A stretch of DNA of 62,254 bases, the filler included, from Bacteriovoracaceae bacterium (GTDB lineage: Bacteria > Bdellovibrionota > Bacteriovoracia > Bacteriovoracales > Bacteriovoracaceae), in assembly GCA_018649885.1 (NCBI GenBank). It is 4 parts of 4 records of this genome, joined end to end, with 100 filler letters (N's around TTAATTAATTAA, not from the genome) between each part and the next. Parts side by side here need not be neighbours in the genome. Positions count along the whole stretch, not along the records: positions 1 to 20,506 come from JABIHA010000021.1; 3 more parts are not named here. One strand, written 5' to 3'. The position numbers and the translations under genes are program-made. Each line of letters starts with the position of its first letter. The first letter of the stretch is position 1. Below, one piece after another: positions 10,479-18,766 of this stretch. The notes beneath the pieces are model-generated. The model saw nothing but the letters and a program-made list of their open reading frames with translations. It searched no databases and was not told the origin of the DNA.

Positions 10479-11279
10479 ATGCTAATTTGGGGTGCAGTTT
10501 CAGGTCTTCTTGTGGGGCTACTTTCCTCTTTTTTCGGTGTAGGAGGCGGAGTTGTTGCTGTGCCCATCATGTACACCCTATTTTCAGGCATCACTACCAA
10601 GACCGTCATAGCCTCTAGCTTAGGCATGATCTGTATGAATAGCGTTATCAACCTTACGGTGCGCGCCAAAAATAAAGAATTTCCTAAGATGGCGCTAGCG
10701 CTCCCCATGGGTATAGGTGTCATTATTGGTGGCCAAATTGGAGGTCATCTCGCGCTCTTCCTCCAGGCCTATATTGTCAAAAAAATCTTTGGAGTTTCGC
10801 TTGTTCTAGTACTTTTGAGGCTGATATTTTTTAAATCTGAGAAGATTGAGGGTCACGATTACGAGCCCCCAAAGGGAATGGGGACAATTGTTAAGTCCTC
10901 TGCCATTGGCCTATTCGGAGGGGTACTTGCCGGGCTAACGGGTCTTGGAGGCGGTATTATCTTTGTCCCAGCTCTAATGGTCGTCTTTAAAATGCCATTT
11001 TCAAAAATTCCACTATACTCCAATGTTGCTATGTTCTTTGGAACTCTCTCTGCACTAAGCTCATTCATCTTTGTTGAAGACCTGGCAGTGGTCTCTAACT
11101 TTTACCCAGAGTACCAAATTGGTCACTGGAACGTTTTTATCAGCACACTTTTTGTACTGGGCTCAATTGTCACTGCGCCTGTTGGTGCCCAGCTATCCAG
11201 GGTATGCCCTCCAGGGCTGTCGAGGAAACTATTTGGCACCCTGATATTTCTTGTGATCATCCGTATTTTCATGAGCTGA
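10479..11279 (+). CDS. TauE/SafE (TSUP) sulfite exporter family protein
   Basis: Duplicated GxGGGxxxVP motifs, about 8 TM segments. Confidence 0.88.
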   Translation: MLIWGAVSGLLVGLLSSFFGVGGGVVAVPIMYTLFSGITTKTVIASSLGMICMNSVINLTVRAKNKEFPKMALALPMGIGVIIGGQIGGHLALFLQAYIVKKIFGVSLVLVLLRLIFFKSEKIEGHDYEPPKGMGTIVKSSAIGLFGGVLAGLTGLGGGIIFVPALMVVFKMPFSKIPLYSNVAMFFGTLSALSSFIFVEDLAVVSNFYPEYQIGHWNVFISTLFVLGSIVTAPVGAQLSRVCPPGLSRKLFGTLIFLVIIRIFMS

Positions 11280-11389
11280 GGATCAAAAAAACGCAAACAA
11301 TTCAAAGCAGCAAAAGAGTTTTTTTGTTGACGGAATACTGCCTGCTCTAATATTGTCCTATCCACGAATCAAATGATTTGCCTTTTAGC

Positions 11390-11466
11390 GGGGGCGTAGT
11401 TGAGTTGGTTACAATGACGGCCTGTCACGCCGTAGGTCGCGAGTTCGAGTCTCGTCGCTCCCGCCA
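11390..11466 (+). tRNA. tRNA-Asp (GUC)
   Basis: Acceptor GGGGGCG/CGCTCCC, anticodon stem ACGGC-CTGTCAC-GCCGT, GTTCGAGTC T-arm, discriminator G and encoded CCA. Confidence 0.97.
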
Positions 11467-11510
11467 TTTTGAATACCGAGAATTTAGAAATAAGATCTCG
11501 ATATTATTGA

Positions 11511-11540
11511 AAAAAGCCCGAACATTGTTTCGGGCTTTTT
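11511..11540 (+). terminator. Bidirectional Rho-independent terminator after the tRNA
   Basis: AAAAAGCCCGAA-loop-TTCGGGCTTTTT. Confidence 0.85.
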
Positions 11541-11986
11541 CGTTTCTGGGGTAGTCGAAACCCGATACCGAAATTACATATCACTTTCCGAGAGTTTAGG
11601 TGATGGCCATTTTTGCAAAAACCCACCATTTTCAAAATAGATATCTCTGACAAATTTCCAAAATTCTATATCAATTTTATTTTTTGCCACAGGGTTACAA
11701 AGTAGTCGAAGAGAGCTTGGATTTTGTTCAATTTCGGTAAAGTGCACGAAAACTTTCTCGTTACAATTTCGTACAGTAAATATTTTTTAAATTAATTTCC
11801 TACATTCTCAGTTCTTGCCTTTTTGCTAGTAGCTTTTGACAGAGCTTCGCTCGCAGAACGATGATATCTCACACCGAGTTTAAGCAATTATCTGTTCTAA
11901 ACTAGGCATACTCATACCTACTCTCTCTGTCTCCTCACAAATGTGAGGCATCTTCCGACAGATTCGGTGTACGCCTGTGAAAAAGA

Positions 11987-12543
11987 TTAGTTCTTGGCCA
12001 TCAGCTCCGAAGCGAATCGAGCAGCGGAAAAGCTAGTCCCACTCTCTTGCTTGTATTTAGAATTTCTTTTTGCGGTAATTAGAGACCCATGATTGAAATT
12101 ACCGTCTGTACTTCCTACAATGTGAAAGCGAGATTGGTTAATGAGCTTGGAACGAAGACAGGCTCCTTATAAAAATAGCTTACATCCTCCAAGGCAAGAA
12201 GTATTATATTAAAATCTAGTGATGCCAGATACCTCAGAGCACTGGCGTATGCGTTCGCTTTTATGCTAGATCCAATGCCTTTCTCTGCTGCCTTTACAAT
12301 AACAATACAATGTTCTTTTAGATCTAATTTCTGAATTATTACTTCAGCCATCAGGCTTCCATGGCCATGTCTATCTTCATTCCAAGAGGAACCTTCTATA
12401 AAGCTCTTATGCCCATACTTGCATAAGAATGGATTTATTCTACTGGAAACATTTATACCCGAATCAATCAAAATGATCTTCTTCCTAGTTTCTTTAGGAG
12501 AACAAGATGTAAGTAACAAAATAATCAAAATTCCATGTCTCAC
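11987..12543 (-). pseudogene. Frameshifted mini S8 (subtilisin-like) lipoprotein peptidase
   Basis: Lipobox-like LTSC, IDSG and HGHG in the 12115-12543 ORF; the catalytic-Ser motif ESGTSFSAA lies in another frame, with stop at 11987-11989. Confidence 0.75.
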
Positions 12544-12551
12544 GCCACTCC

Positions 12552-12962
12552 CTAATATGGAATTGTATTATTAAGTTCCTCTATCACTTGCAATCGCCGT
12601 AACTCATTTCTTGTATAATACGTTTTAACATTTCCAAATAGTGTCACTTTCTTTTTTCCTCTCCCTGAACTGCCACTACAGCTAACTGATTGCTCTTTCT
12701 TCCAAGTTCGAGGTAGGCCAATACATTGAACGATAATCTCTTCGTCATCACAGACGAGCTTTCTTGTATATTTTCTTTTTCTAACGTTTTCCTCGTTTGT
12801 AACCAAGCAATTACTACCAGGAAACTTAAAACCAACGACGTGTTTCAATTTTGTTAAATGAACCTTATCATTAAATTCATATATAACTTTCCACTCAGAG
12901 AAGTATCTAAATTTTTCTTCGGCCATAACATTCAAAGATAGTAGAGAAAGAATTAGAAACAC
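12552..12962 (-). CDS. Hypothetical secreted protein
   Basis: Signal peptide (VMA-EE), RBS AAGGAGG, overlaps the upstream ORF. Confidence 0.6.
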   Translation of the reverse strand: MFLILSLLSLNVMAEEKFRYFSEWKVIYEFNDKVHLTKLKHVVGFKFPGSNCLVTNEENVRKRKYTRKLVCDDEEIIVQCIGLPRTWKKEQSVSCSGSSGRGKKKVTLFGNVKTYYTRNELRRLQVIEELNNTIPY

Positions 12963-13345
12963 GTATCCTCCTTACGATTATCAACTATAAAATTCATCGG
13001 ATTACCTCCTTCTATTGAAAAAATGAGAAGAAGCGAGCACAGATCTTCTCCATCTGTAATCATTTCACGAGCGTCGCCAGGAGCTTCATTCCAAAGAGGC
13101 TGGTAGTTGTCGTCAACAGGAGGATCAACGATGTACTCCCATTTCCAGACATCGAGCATTTTGATCTTACTGGTTGGAATTCCACCAATAAGAGTCTTTC
13201 CGGTGCTCAGCTCTCCCCAAGCTTGATCGATCCATTTTTCTTCAATGTTCCACGTTTTAAGAATGTCATCAGGAGTTTTCATATCATCATAGAGAGAGAA
13301 GATGCACCTCTCCAGTCTTTTCAAATTGTAAGTGAGCTTAGCCAT
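12953..13345 (-). CDS. Hypothetical protein (island cargo)
   Basis: ORF from MAKLTY, coupled to the next gene. Confidence 0.55.
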   Translation of the reverse strand: MAKLTYNLKRLERCIFSLYDDMKTPDDILKTWNIEEKWIDQAWGELSTGKTLIGGIPTSKIKMLDVWKWEYIVDPPVDDNYQPLWNEAPGDAREMITDGEDLCSLLLIFSIEGGNPMNFIVDNRKEDTCF

Positions 13346-13495
13346 TATTTTCCTATTCGCTGTTCGTAATAAAAAAATAATCACTAGGTTTTAATAAAAA
13401 GGCCCAAAGAATTTTTGTGAATTTTAATATTTTTCTTATTTTCTAATAAATTCGCCAATCTCTGTAAAAAGAGAAAAACTGGCCCTACTCTAAGC

Positions 13496-14404
13496 CTATA
13501 TTTGCTGTACCGCCTCATGGGCAGATTCCAACATAAGACTCATCAAGGACTGAGAAATGTCGAGGTCATTTCTGTAAGAGAGGAAGAACCGATGAGTCCC
13601 AAACCTTTTCTTGGCAGTTCCTCTTATCTGTACTTCTTTTAGCTGACTTCCATAATTAGCTGCGACTTTTCTAGGTAAAATCCCCAGTCCATAATCCATC
13701 TTGGTAAACTCCGCAATAACTTCAAAAGAATCAATTTCAAAAATTTCTTTAAAATTGAGATTGGTCATAAAAAGATGTTGTCTTAAACTTAGACCATCAC
13801 AATCGAAAGCATCTGGAATATACATAAGTGTCAATTCTTCAACTTGTTTTTCTGTAAGTCGATCATATTTGAATTTATTTGAAGCATACACACAGTACTC
13901 ATCTTTATAGATCTCATGTCGAATCAACTCAGGTGTTTGCTTTCCTTCAACCGTTATAGCCAAATCTATATCTCTTTTTATCAATGAGTTTATAATTGCA
14001 TCACTTCTATTGGTCATAATAGAAAGGGATAAGCTAGGCTCATCTTTTAATACATTAAGCATATAAGGCCAAAAATAGATGGCGATGGATTGAAAAGTTC
14101 CTATTTTTAGTCTAGTTACAGGTTCCATTTCCGGTTTCTTAAGTAGAGCCTCTAAATCACTTAGCTCTTGAAAATGTTTTTTACAAAAACTGAATAGGTG
14201 CTCACCTGAAAGGGTGAGAGTCATTCCTTCCTTACTTCGAATAAAGAGTATTGAGTGCACAACTCCCTCCAGTTGTTTAATAGCATACGAGATTGTAGGT
14301 GGAGAGCTTCCTAATTTTCGAGAAGCTGAGTGTAGGCTACCGGCTAAAGCCACTTCATAAAAGTAATATAGTTTTTCAGTGTGGCGGGAAAGTTCTGGTA
14401 ACAT
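13496..14404 (-). CDS. LysR-type transcriptional regulator
   Basis: N-terminal wHTH (GSLHSASRKLGSSPPTISYAIKQLE...LFIR) plus substrate-binding domain; divergent from the operon at 14519. Confidence 0.92.
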   Translation of the reverse strand: MLPELSRHTEKLYYFYEVALAGSLHSASRKLGSSPPTISYAIKQLEGVVHSILFIRSKEGMTLTLSGEHLFSFCKKHFQELSDLEALLKKPEMEPVTRLKIGTFQSIAIYFWPYMLNVLKDEPSLSLSIMTNRSDAIINSLIKRDIDLAITVEGKQTPELIRHEIYKDEYCVYASNKFKYDRLTEKQVEELTLMYIPDAFDCDGLSLRQHLFMTNLNFKEIFEIDSFEVIAEFTKMDYGLGILPRKVAANYGSQLKEVQIRGTAKKRFGTHRFFLSYRNDLDISQSLMSLMLESAHEAVQQI

Positions 14405-14518
14405 GTAAATTAGCCCTTATTAGATTTATTCTAACACAACATAACAACATTCCATATATCTTAACATTGAAAAAGGCAATATAAATATCTTAGGCAATTA
14501 ACAACCAAAGGAGTTATT

Positions 14519-16069
14519 ATGTTTCATAGAGAATTTAATCAAAGCCTTATTGAAAAATTTGCCTTTGGGCCTGTCATCAAACCTTCATTCGATAAAATTC
14601 ACAAAGCTTTTGAAGATCAAGTCAGGAAGAACCCAGAGCTTATTGCGGCGGAGAATGGTGACAAACAAATCTCCTATAGAGACCTCGATGGCCAGAGTAA
14701 GGCACTATCATCTCACCTAATAGAAATGGGATCAAAACCTGGAGACAATATTGGAGTCTTTTTAGAACGTTCAATTCCCATGTTAGTGAGTATTTTGGGA
14801 ATTCTCAAATCAGGTTCAGCTTACGTTCCTCAAGACGCTAGGATTACACCTACAACTCAACTAACTCATATTGTGGAAAAGGCGAAAATCAAAATTATCC
14901 TAACCCTTTCTCATCTAAAACATCGAATCCCCGTGGCAAATGGAGTCAGGGTTATAGAAATAGATAGTTTCCTAAAAGACATAGGGAATAAAACAATGCC
15001 CCAACTAGAAAATAGAAGAAATCCACTTGGCACTTGTTTTGTACTTTTCACTTCAGGAACGACTGGTCTACCTAATGGAGTAAAAGTGAGTCACAAAAAT
15101 CTCTGCAATATTTTACTAACAAGTCCAGGAAATCTTGGAGTCAGACCAAAAGATAAAGTTTCTCAAATTCTAAATATTTCATTTGATATGGCCGCATGGG
15201 AAATTTTCACTGCTCTTTCACATGGGGCCACTCTCCATATTAGGGGAAAAAGTATTGCAGAGGCCATAGCAAAGGTTGATATCGTAATTGCGACACCAAG
15301 CATCCTTGCAGATATTGATCCAAGAAAAAATAAACACGTTAAAGTAGTGGCGGTAGCAGGCGAACCTTGTCCAAAGGAACTTGCGGATAATTGGTCAAAA
15401 AATAGTGACTTTTATAACTGCTGTGGCCCAACTGAAACAACAATAGTAAATACTATGAAGCTCTATGAAATGAATGAGTCTAAAATTACAATTGGAAAGC
15501 CAACTCCAAACAATAGCGTTTACATTCTTGATGAGAAACTTAACCCCCTTCCCATAGGAGAAATTGGTGAAATGTGGGCCGGAGGAGACTGTGTTACCCA
15601 AGGCTACATCAATAACAAAAAGCTCACAAAAGAACGCTATAAAGCTGACCCTTTTCTAGGTGAAGGGAACCTTATGTTTCGCACGAGAGATCTTGGCCGA
15701 TGGACTATAGATGGAGAATTAGAACACTTTGGCCGAACAGATGGTCAAGTAAAAATAAAAGGTTTTAGGGTTGAACTAGATTCAATTTCAACCGTTTTGG
15801 AAAAAGTCGCTCACTGTAGACAAGCAATTACTCTGAAATTAGACAATCAGAACCTAGTCTCTTTTGTTACTCCTAATAGGATTAGCCTTAAGGCGACAAA
15901 TAGAGCCCTTATGGCAATTCTTCCTTACTATTGTATTCCCAGTTTTATAATTCCAATGGATAAGTTTCCAAAAACAGATCGTGGAAAAATAGACAAGAAG
16001 ACACTAACAGTCCTTGCCGTAAAAATCCAAGAAGAGGCCAATAGAAGAGAGCAGGAGGTTTCAGCATGA
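14519..16069 (+). CDS. Stand-alone NRPS-type amino-acid adenylation domain without carrier (T) domain
   Basis: A3 LFTSGTTGLPNG, A4 SFDMAAWE, A5 NCCGPTE, A7 FRTRDL, A8 GRTDGQVKIKGFRVEL, A10 GKIDK; no GGxS phosphopantetheine motif. Confidence 0.9.
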   Translation: MFHREFNQSLIEKFAFGPVIKPSFDKIHKAFEDQVRKNPELIAAENGDKQISYRDLDGQSKALSSHLIEMGSKPGDNIGVFLERSIPMLVSILGILKSGSAYVPQDARITPTTQLTHIVEKAKIKIILTLSHLKHRIPVANGVRVIEIDSFLKDIGNKTMPQLENRRNPLGTCFVLFTSGTTGLPNGVKVSHKNLCNILLTSPGNLGVRPKDKVSQILNISFDMAAWEIFTALSHGATLHIRGKSIAEAIAKVDIVIATPSILADIDPRKNKHVKVVAVAGEPCPKELADNWSKNSDFYNCCGPTETTIVNTMKLYEMNESKITIGKPTPNNSVYILDEKLNPLPIGEIGEMWAGGDCVTQGYINNKKLTKERYKADPFLGEGNLMFRTRDLGRWTIDGELEHFGRTDGQVKIKGFRVELDSISTVLEKVAHCRQAITLKLDNQNLVSFVTPNRISLKATNRALMAILPYYCIPSFIIPMDKFPKTDRGKIDKKTLTVLAVKIQEEANRREQEVSA

Positions 16070-17331
16070 AAGAACAAACTATCGGAGTCTTAACTCCTCT
16101 TCTCGAAAGAAAAGAAAGTTCCTTTCTACCACCACAAAAAGGAATGGTTTATCGATCTTTAAGACATCCTTTTTTTCGTCCCTATGTGAGACTGATTATT
16201 CTTACTCTTTTTATAAACTTGGGTATTTTTCTTTATACTCCTCTACTGAAAAGTGAAATAGTTTTACAGATAACTCTTTTGAATTTTGCTTTGGGAATTC
16301 TGATTAGACAGCATGAAGTTATCAACTTTCTCTTTAAATTAGCAACTAGTGCCCCTTTAACCTGGCCACTATCTATAAGATGGGCACTTGCAAAAGTCTA
16401 TCACTTTGGAGGAATTCACATTGGTGCTTTCCTTTCAGGGACCCTATGGTTTAGTTACTACCTCTCGATGGCACCAGATCAAATAAAGCTGCTTGGATTT
16501 ATTCATTTAGCTATTCTCGTTTTGATAATGGTGGTTTCTCTTCCCCAAATTAGAATGCCAAATCACAACCTCTTTGAAAGAGTTGCAAGATTTGGTAGCT
16601 GGATTTCTCTTCTATTATTTTGGGTTCAAGGTTACCTTTTAAACTCTATCGATTTTATAGGATTAGGCTTCATTACTCTTTGTCTCATTAAGCCTTGGTT
16701 ACACCTTAAAAAGGTTTCAGTCGAAATAGTTCGTCCATCGCCCCATGTTGGAGTCAGTAAATTCAATTATGGGACAACCCCTTTTGCAGGCTCATCTACA
16801 GAGCTAAGTATCAATCCATTATTTGAATGGCACTCATTTGCAAATATTCCTTCTCCCCATGAACCAGGTTTTCGTCTTTGTATCTCGAGGGCCGGAGATT
16901 GGACAGGTGACTATATTGATAATTTACCTGAAAAAGTTTGGGTTCGAGGTATTCCAACAGCTGGTGTCGGGAACATTGAACTTCTCTTCAAAAAGGTCAT
17001 TTGGGTAGCAACAGGAAGCGGGATAGGTCCTTGTTTACCTCATCTCTTAGATAGAAACGTTCCCTCTAGACTGGTGTGGTCGACAAGAACACCAAGGAAA
17101 ACTTATGGGGACGACCTTGTTAATGAAATACTTGATGCACAGCCAGATGCAATAATTTGGGATACCACTTCCCAAGGGAAACCTGATCTCGTGAAATTGG
17201 CATTTGAAGCCTATAGAGATTTTGAGGCAGAAGCCGTCATTGTCATTTCAAATAAGAAATTAACTTTTCATCTCAACTACCAACTTGAAAGTCGGGGCAT
17301 CCCCTCTTTTGGTGCAATTTGGGACTCATAA
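16066..17331 (+). CDS. Membrane protein with ferric-reductase-like TM domain and FAD/NAD(P)-binding FNR-like domain
   Basis: Several TM helices with YHFGGIH, then EWHSFA (FAD), RAGDWT, VATGSGIGP (NAD(P)) and terminal GAIWDS; ATGA overlap with the A-domain gene. Confidence 0.8.
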   Translation: MKEQTIGVLTPLLERKESSFLPPQKGMVYRSLRHPFFRPYVRLIILTLFINLGIFLYTPLLKSEIVLQITLLNFALGILIRQHEVINFLFKLATSAPLTWPLSIRWALAKVYHFGGIHIGAFLSGTLWFSYYLSMAPDQIKLLGFIHLAILVLIMVVSLPQIRMPNHNLFERVARFGSWISLLLFWVQGYLLNSIDFIGLGFITLCLIKPWLHLKKVSVEIVRPSPHVGVSKFNYGTTPFAGSSTELSINPLFEWHSFANIPSPHEPGFRLCISRAGDWTGDYIDNLPEKVWVRGIPTAGVGNIELLFKKVIWVATGSGIGPCLPHLLDRNVPSRLVWSTRTPRKTYGDDLVNEILDAQPDAIIWDTTSQGKPDLVKLAFEAYRDFEAEAVIVISNKKLTFHLNYQLESRGIPSFGAIWDS

Positions 17332-17347
17332 AGCAAAGGAATTTAAA

Positions 17348-18127
17348 ATGAATTTTAATAATATTAAATTTGAAGAAAAAGATAGTATTGGATTTATTAG
17401 TTTAAATAGACCTGAAAAACTCAACGCTCTTTCTGTAGAACTTTTTAGTGAATTAAAAGAGGTTTTGCTATCTTTGAACTTTAACAATTCCAAAGTAAAA
17501 GGACTTATTCTTTTTGGTGAGGGAGAAAGGGCTTTTGCGGCTGGTGCAGATATCAAACAAATGAGTACGATGTCGCAAATCAAAGCTCATCAATTTTCAG
17601 CCCTTGCACAAGAGGTCACTCTACTACTAGAAAACTTACCCATACCTACAATTTCCTGTGTCGATGGTTTTGCCCTTGGTGGAGGTTGTGAACTCGCTAT
17701 GGCATGTGACTTTATTTACGCCACAGAAAAATCAAGTTTTGGTCAACCCGAAGTGTCTTTAGGACTTATTCCCGGCTTTGGAGGATGCATCCGCTTTGTA
17801 CGGGCCTTGGGTGTTAATAAGGCTAAGGAATTTATATTTTCGGGGAAACAAATTCCGGCTGCTCAGGCCAAGAAGCTTAACCTCGTTAATAAAGTTCTTC
17901 CTAATCGAATAGATCTTTTCAATGAAGCTACAGATACTTTACATGCAACTTTCAAAAATTCTCCCGCCGCAATTGCTCTGACAAAGAAGGTCATCAATTC
18001 AACATTGCACATGCCAATTGAAGAGGCCTTAAAAATAGAACGTGACGCCTTTGCTGCGGGCTTTTCACATCCAGAAAAAACCGAAGGTGTTACCGCTTTT
18101 TTAGAAAAGCGAAAAGCAAAATATTAA
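17348..18127 (+). CDS. Enoyl-CoA hydratase/crotonase family protein
   Basis: LNRPEKLNAL, AFAAGADI, ALGGGCELAMACD and GQPEVSLGLIPGFGG motifs. Confidence 0.93.
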   Translation: MNFNNIKFEEKDSIGFISLNRPEKLNALSVELFSELKEVLLSLNFNNSKVKGLILFGEGERAFAAGADIKQMSTMSQIKAHQFSALAQEVTLLLENLPIPTISCVDGFALGGGCELAMACDFIYATEKSSFGQPEVSLGLIPGFGGCIRFVRALGVNKAKEFIFSGKQIPAAQAKKLNLVNKVLPNRIDLFNEATDTLHATFKNSPAAIALTKKVINSTLHMPIEEALKIERDAFAAGFSHPEKTEGVTAFLEKRKAKY

Positions 18128-18394
18128 TAGGAGTAAAGCACTGGAGTGCGGCATTGGAAATAAGAAATATCGAATTATTAATAACTCAATAAGTGACAAA
18201 AATCACGGTTAGGTATCGTGTCTTTACGCTCCCGCCATATCTTACCTTAGTTTCACACGGTCAATTATCGCTCCTTTATGTTTTCTGGTCGCACTCCGTG
18301 CTCCATGCGCTTTTGCATGTCAAAAGTTGCCAGCGGCAAGTTTTGATATGCCGCCTGTCCACTGGAATGCCCCCGCAGTGATTTTGGCGAAGCA

Positions 18395-18436
18395 TTTCCA
18401 TGGACTTCGCCGAAGGCGAAATCTCAAACCACAAAC
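18395..18436 (+). repeat. 42-bp direct repeat, left copy (flanks the Fic gene)
   Basis: TTTCCATGGA-N9-AGGCGAAATCTCAAACCACAAAC. Confidence 0.85.
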
Positions 18437-18620
18437 AACTTTCCAGACAAACTGCACACGAAAAAATGTGCTGAAGCCTCAATGAGAACCTCAATGCATC
18501 GTTGCTCCCTCCATTTTTATCTCGATTCAAACAAAAACGTCCTCCGTGAGTAAAACTCCATTGAAATTCATTTTGCTTGTAATTTAGTTCTAATCACTAT
18601 TAAGAAAAAAGACGCTCCTA

Positions 18621-18675
18621 ATATCCTCCCGATATCCTCCCGATATCCTCCCGATATCCTCCCGACATCCTCCTA
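18621..18675 (+). repeat. 11-bp tandem repeat (ATATCCTCCCG)x4 plus one degenerate copy
   Basis: Directly visible upstream of the Fic gene. Confidence 0.92.
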
Positions 18676-18766
18676 ATACCGCCCATAACCACTTGTAATC
18701 TAATGAAAATCTGAGGTGAAAAAATATATTAATGTGTTATAATTAATTAATAAAAGTAGAGGAAAA

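Larger units (their letters stand above)
11456..18238. mobile_element. Degenerate genomic island integrated at the tRNA-Asp 3' end; no integrase remains
   Basis: CGCTCCCGCCAT at 11456-11467 is repeated at 18227-18238, preceded by an eroded T-arm-like TCGxGTCT; gene fragments lie just after the tRNA. Confidence 0.62.

Noticed and set aside
12001..12045. GCGAA/TTCGC-rich stretch as an ssDNA-origin hairpin
   Set aside because: It encodes the SGTSFSAARFASE end of the S8 pseudogene.
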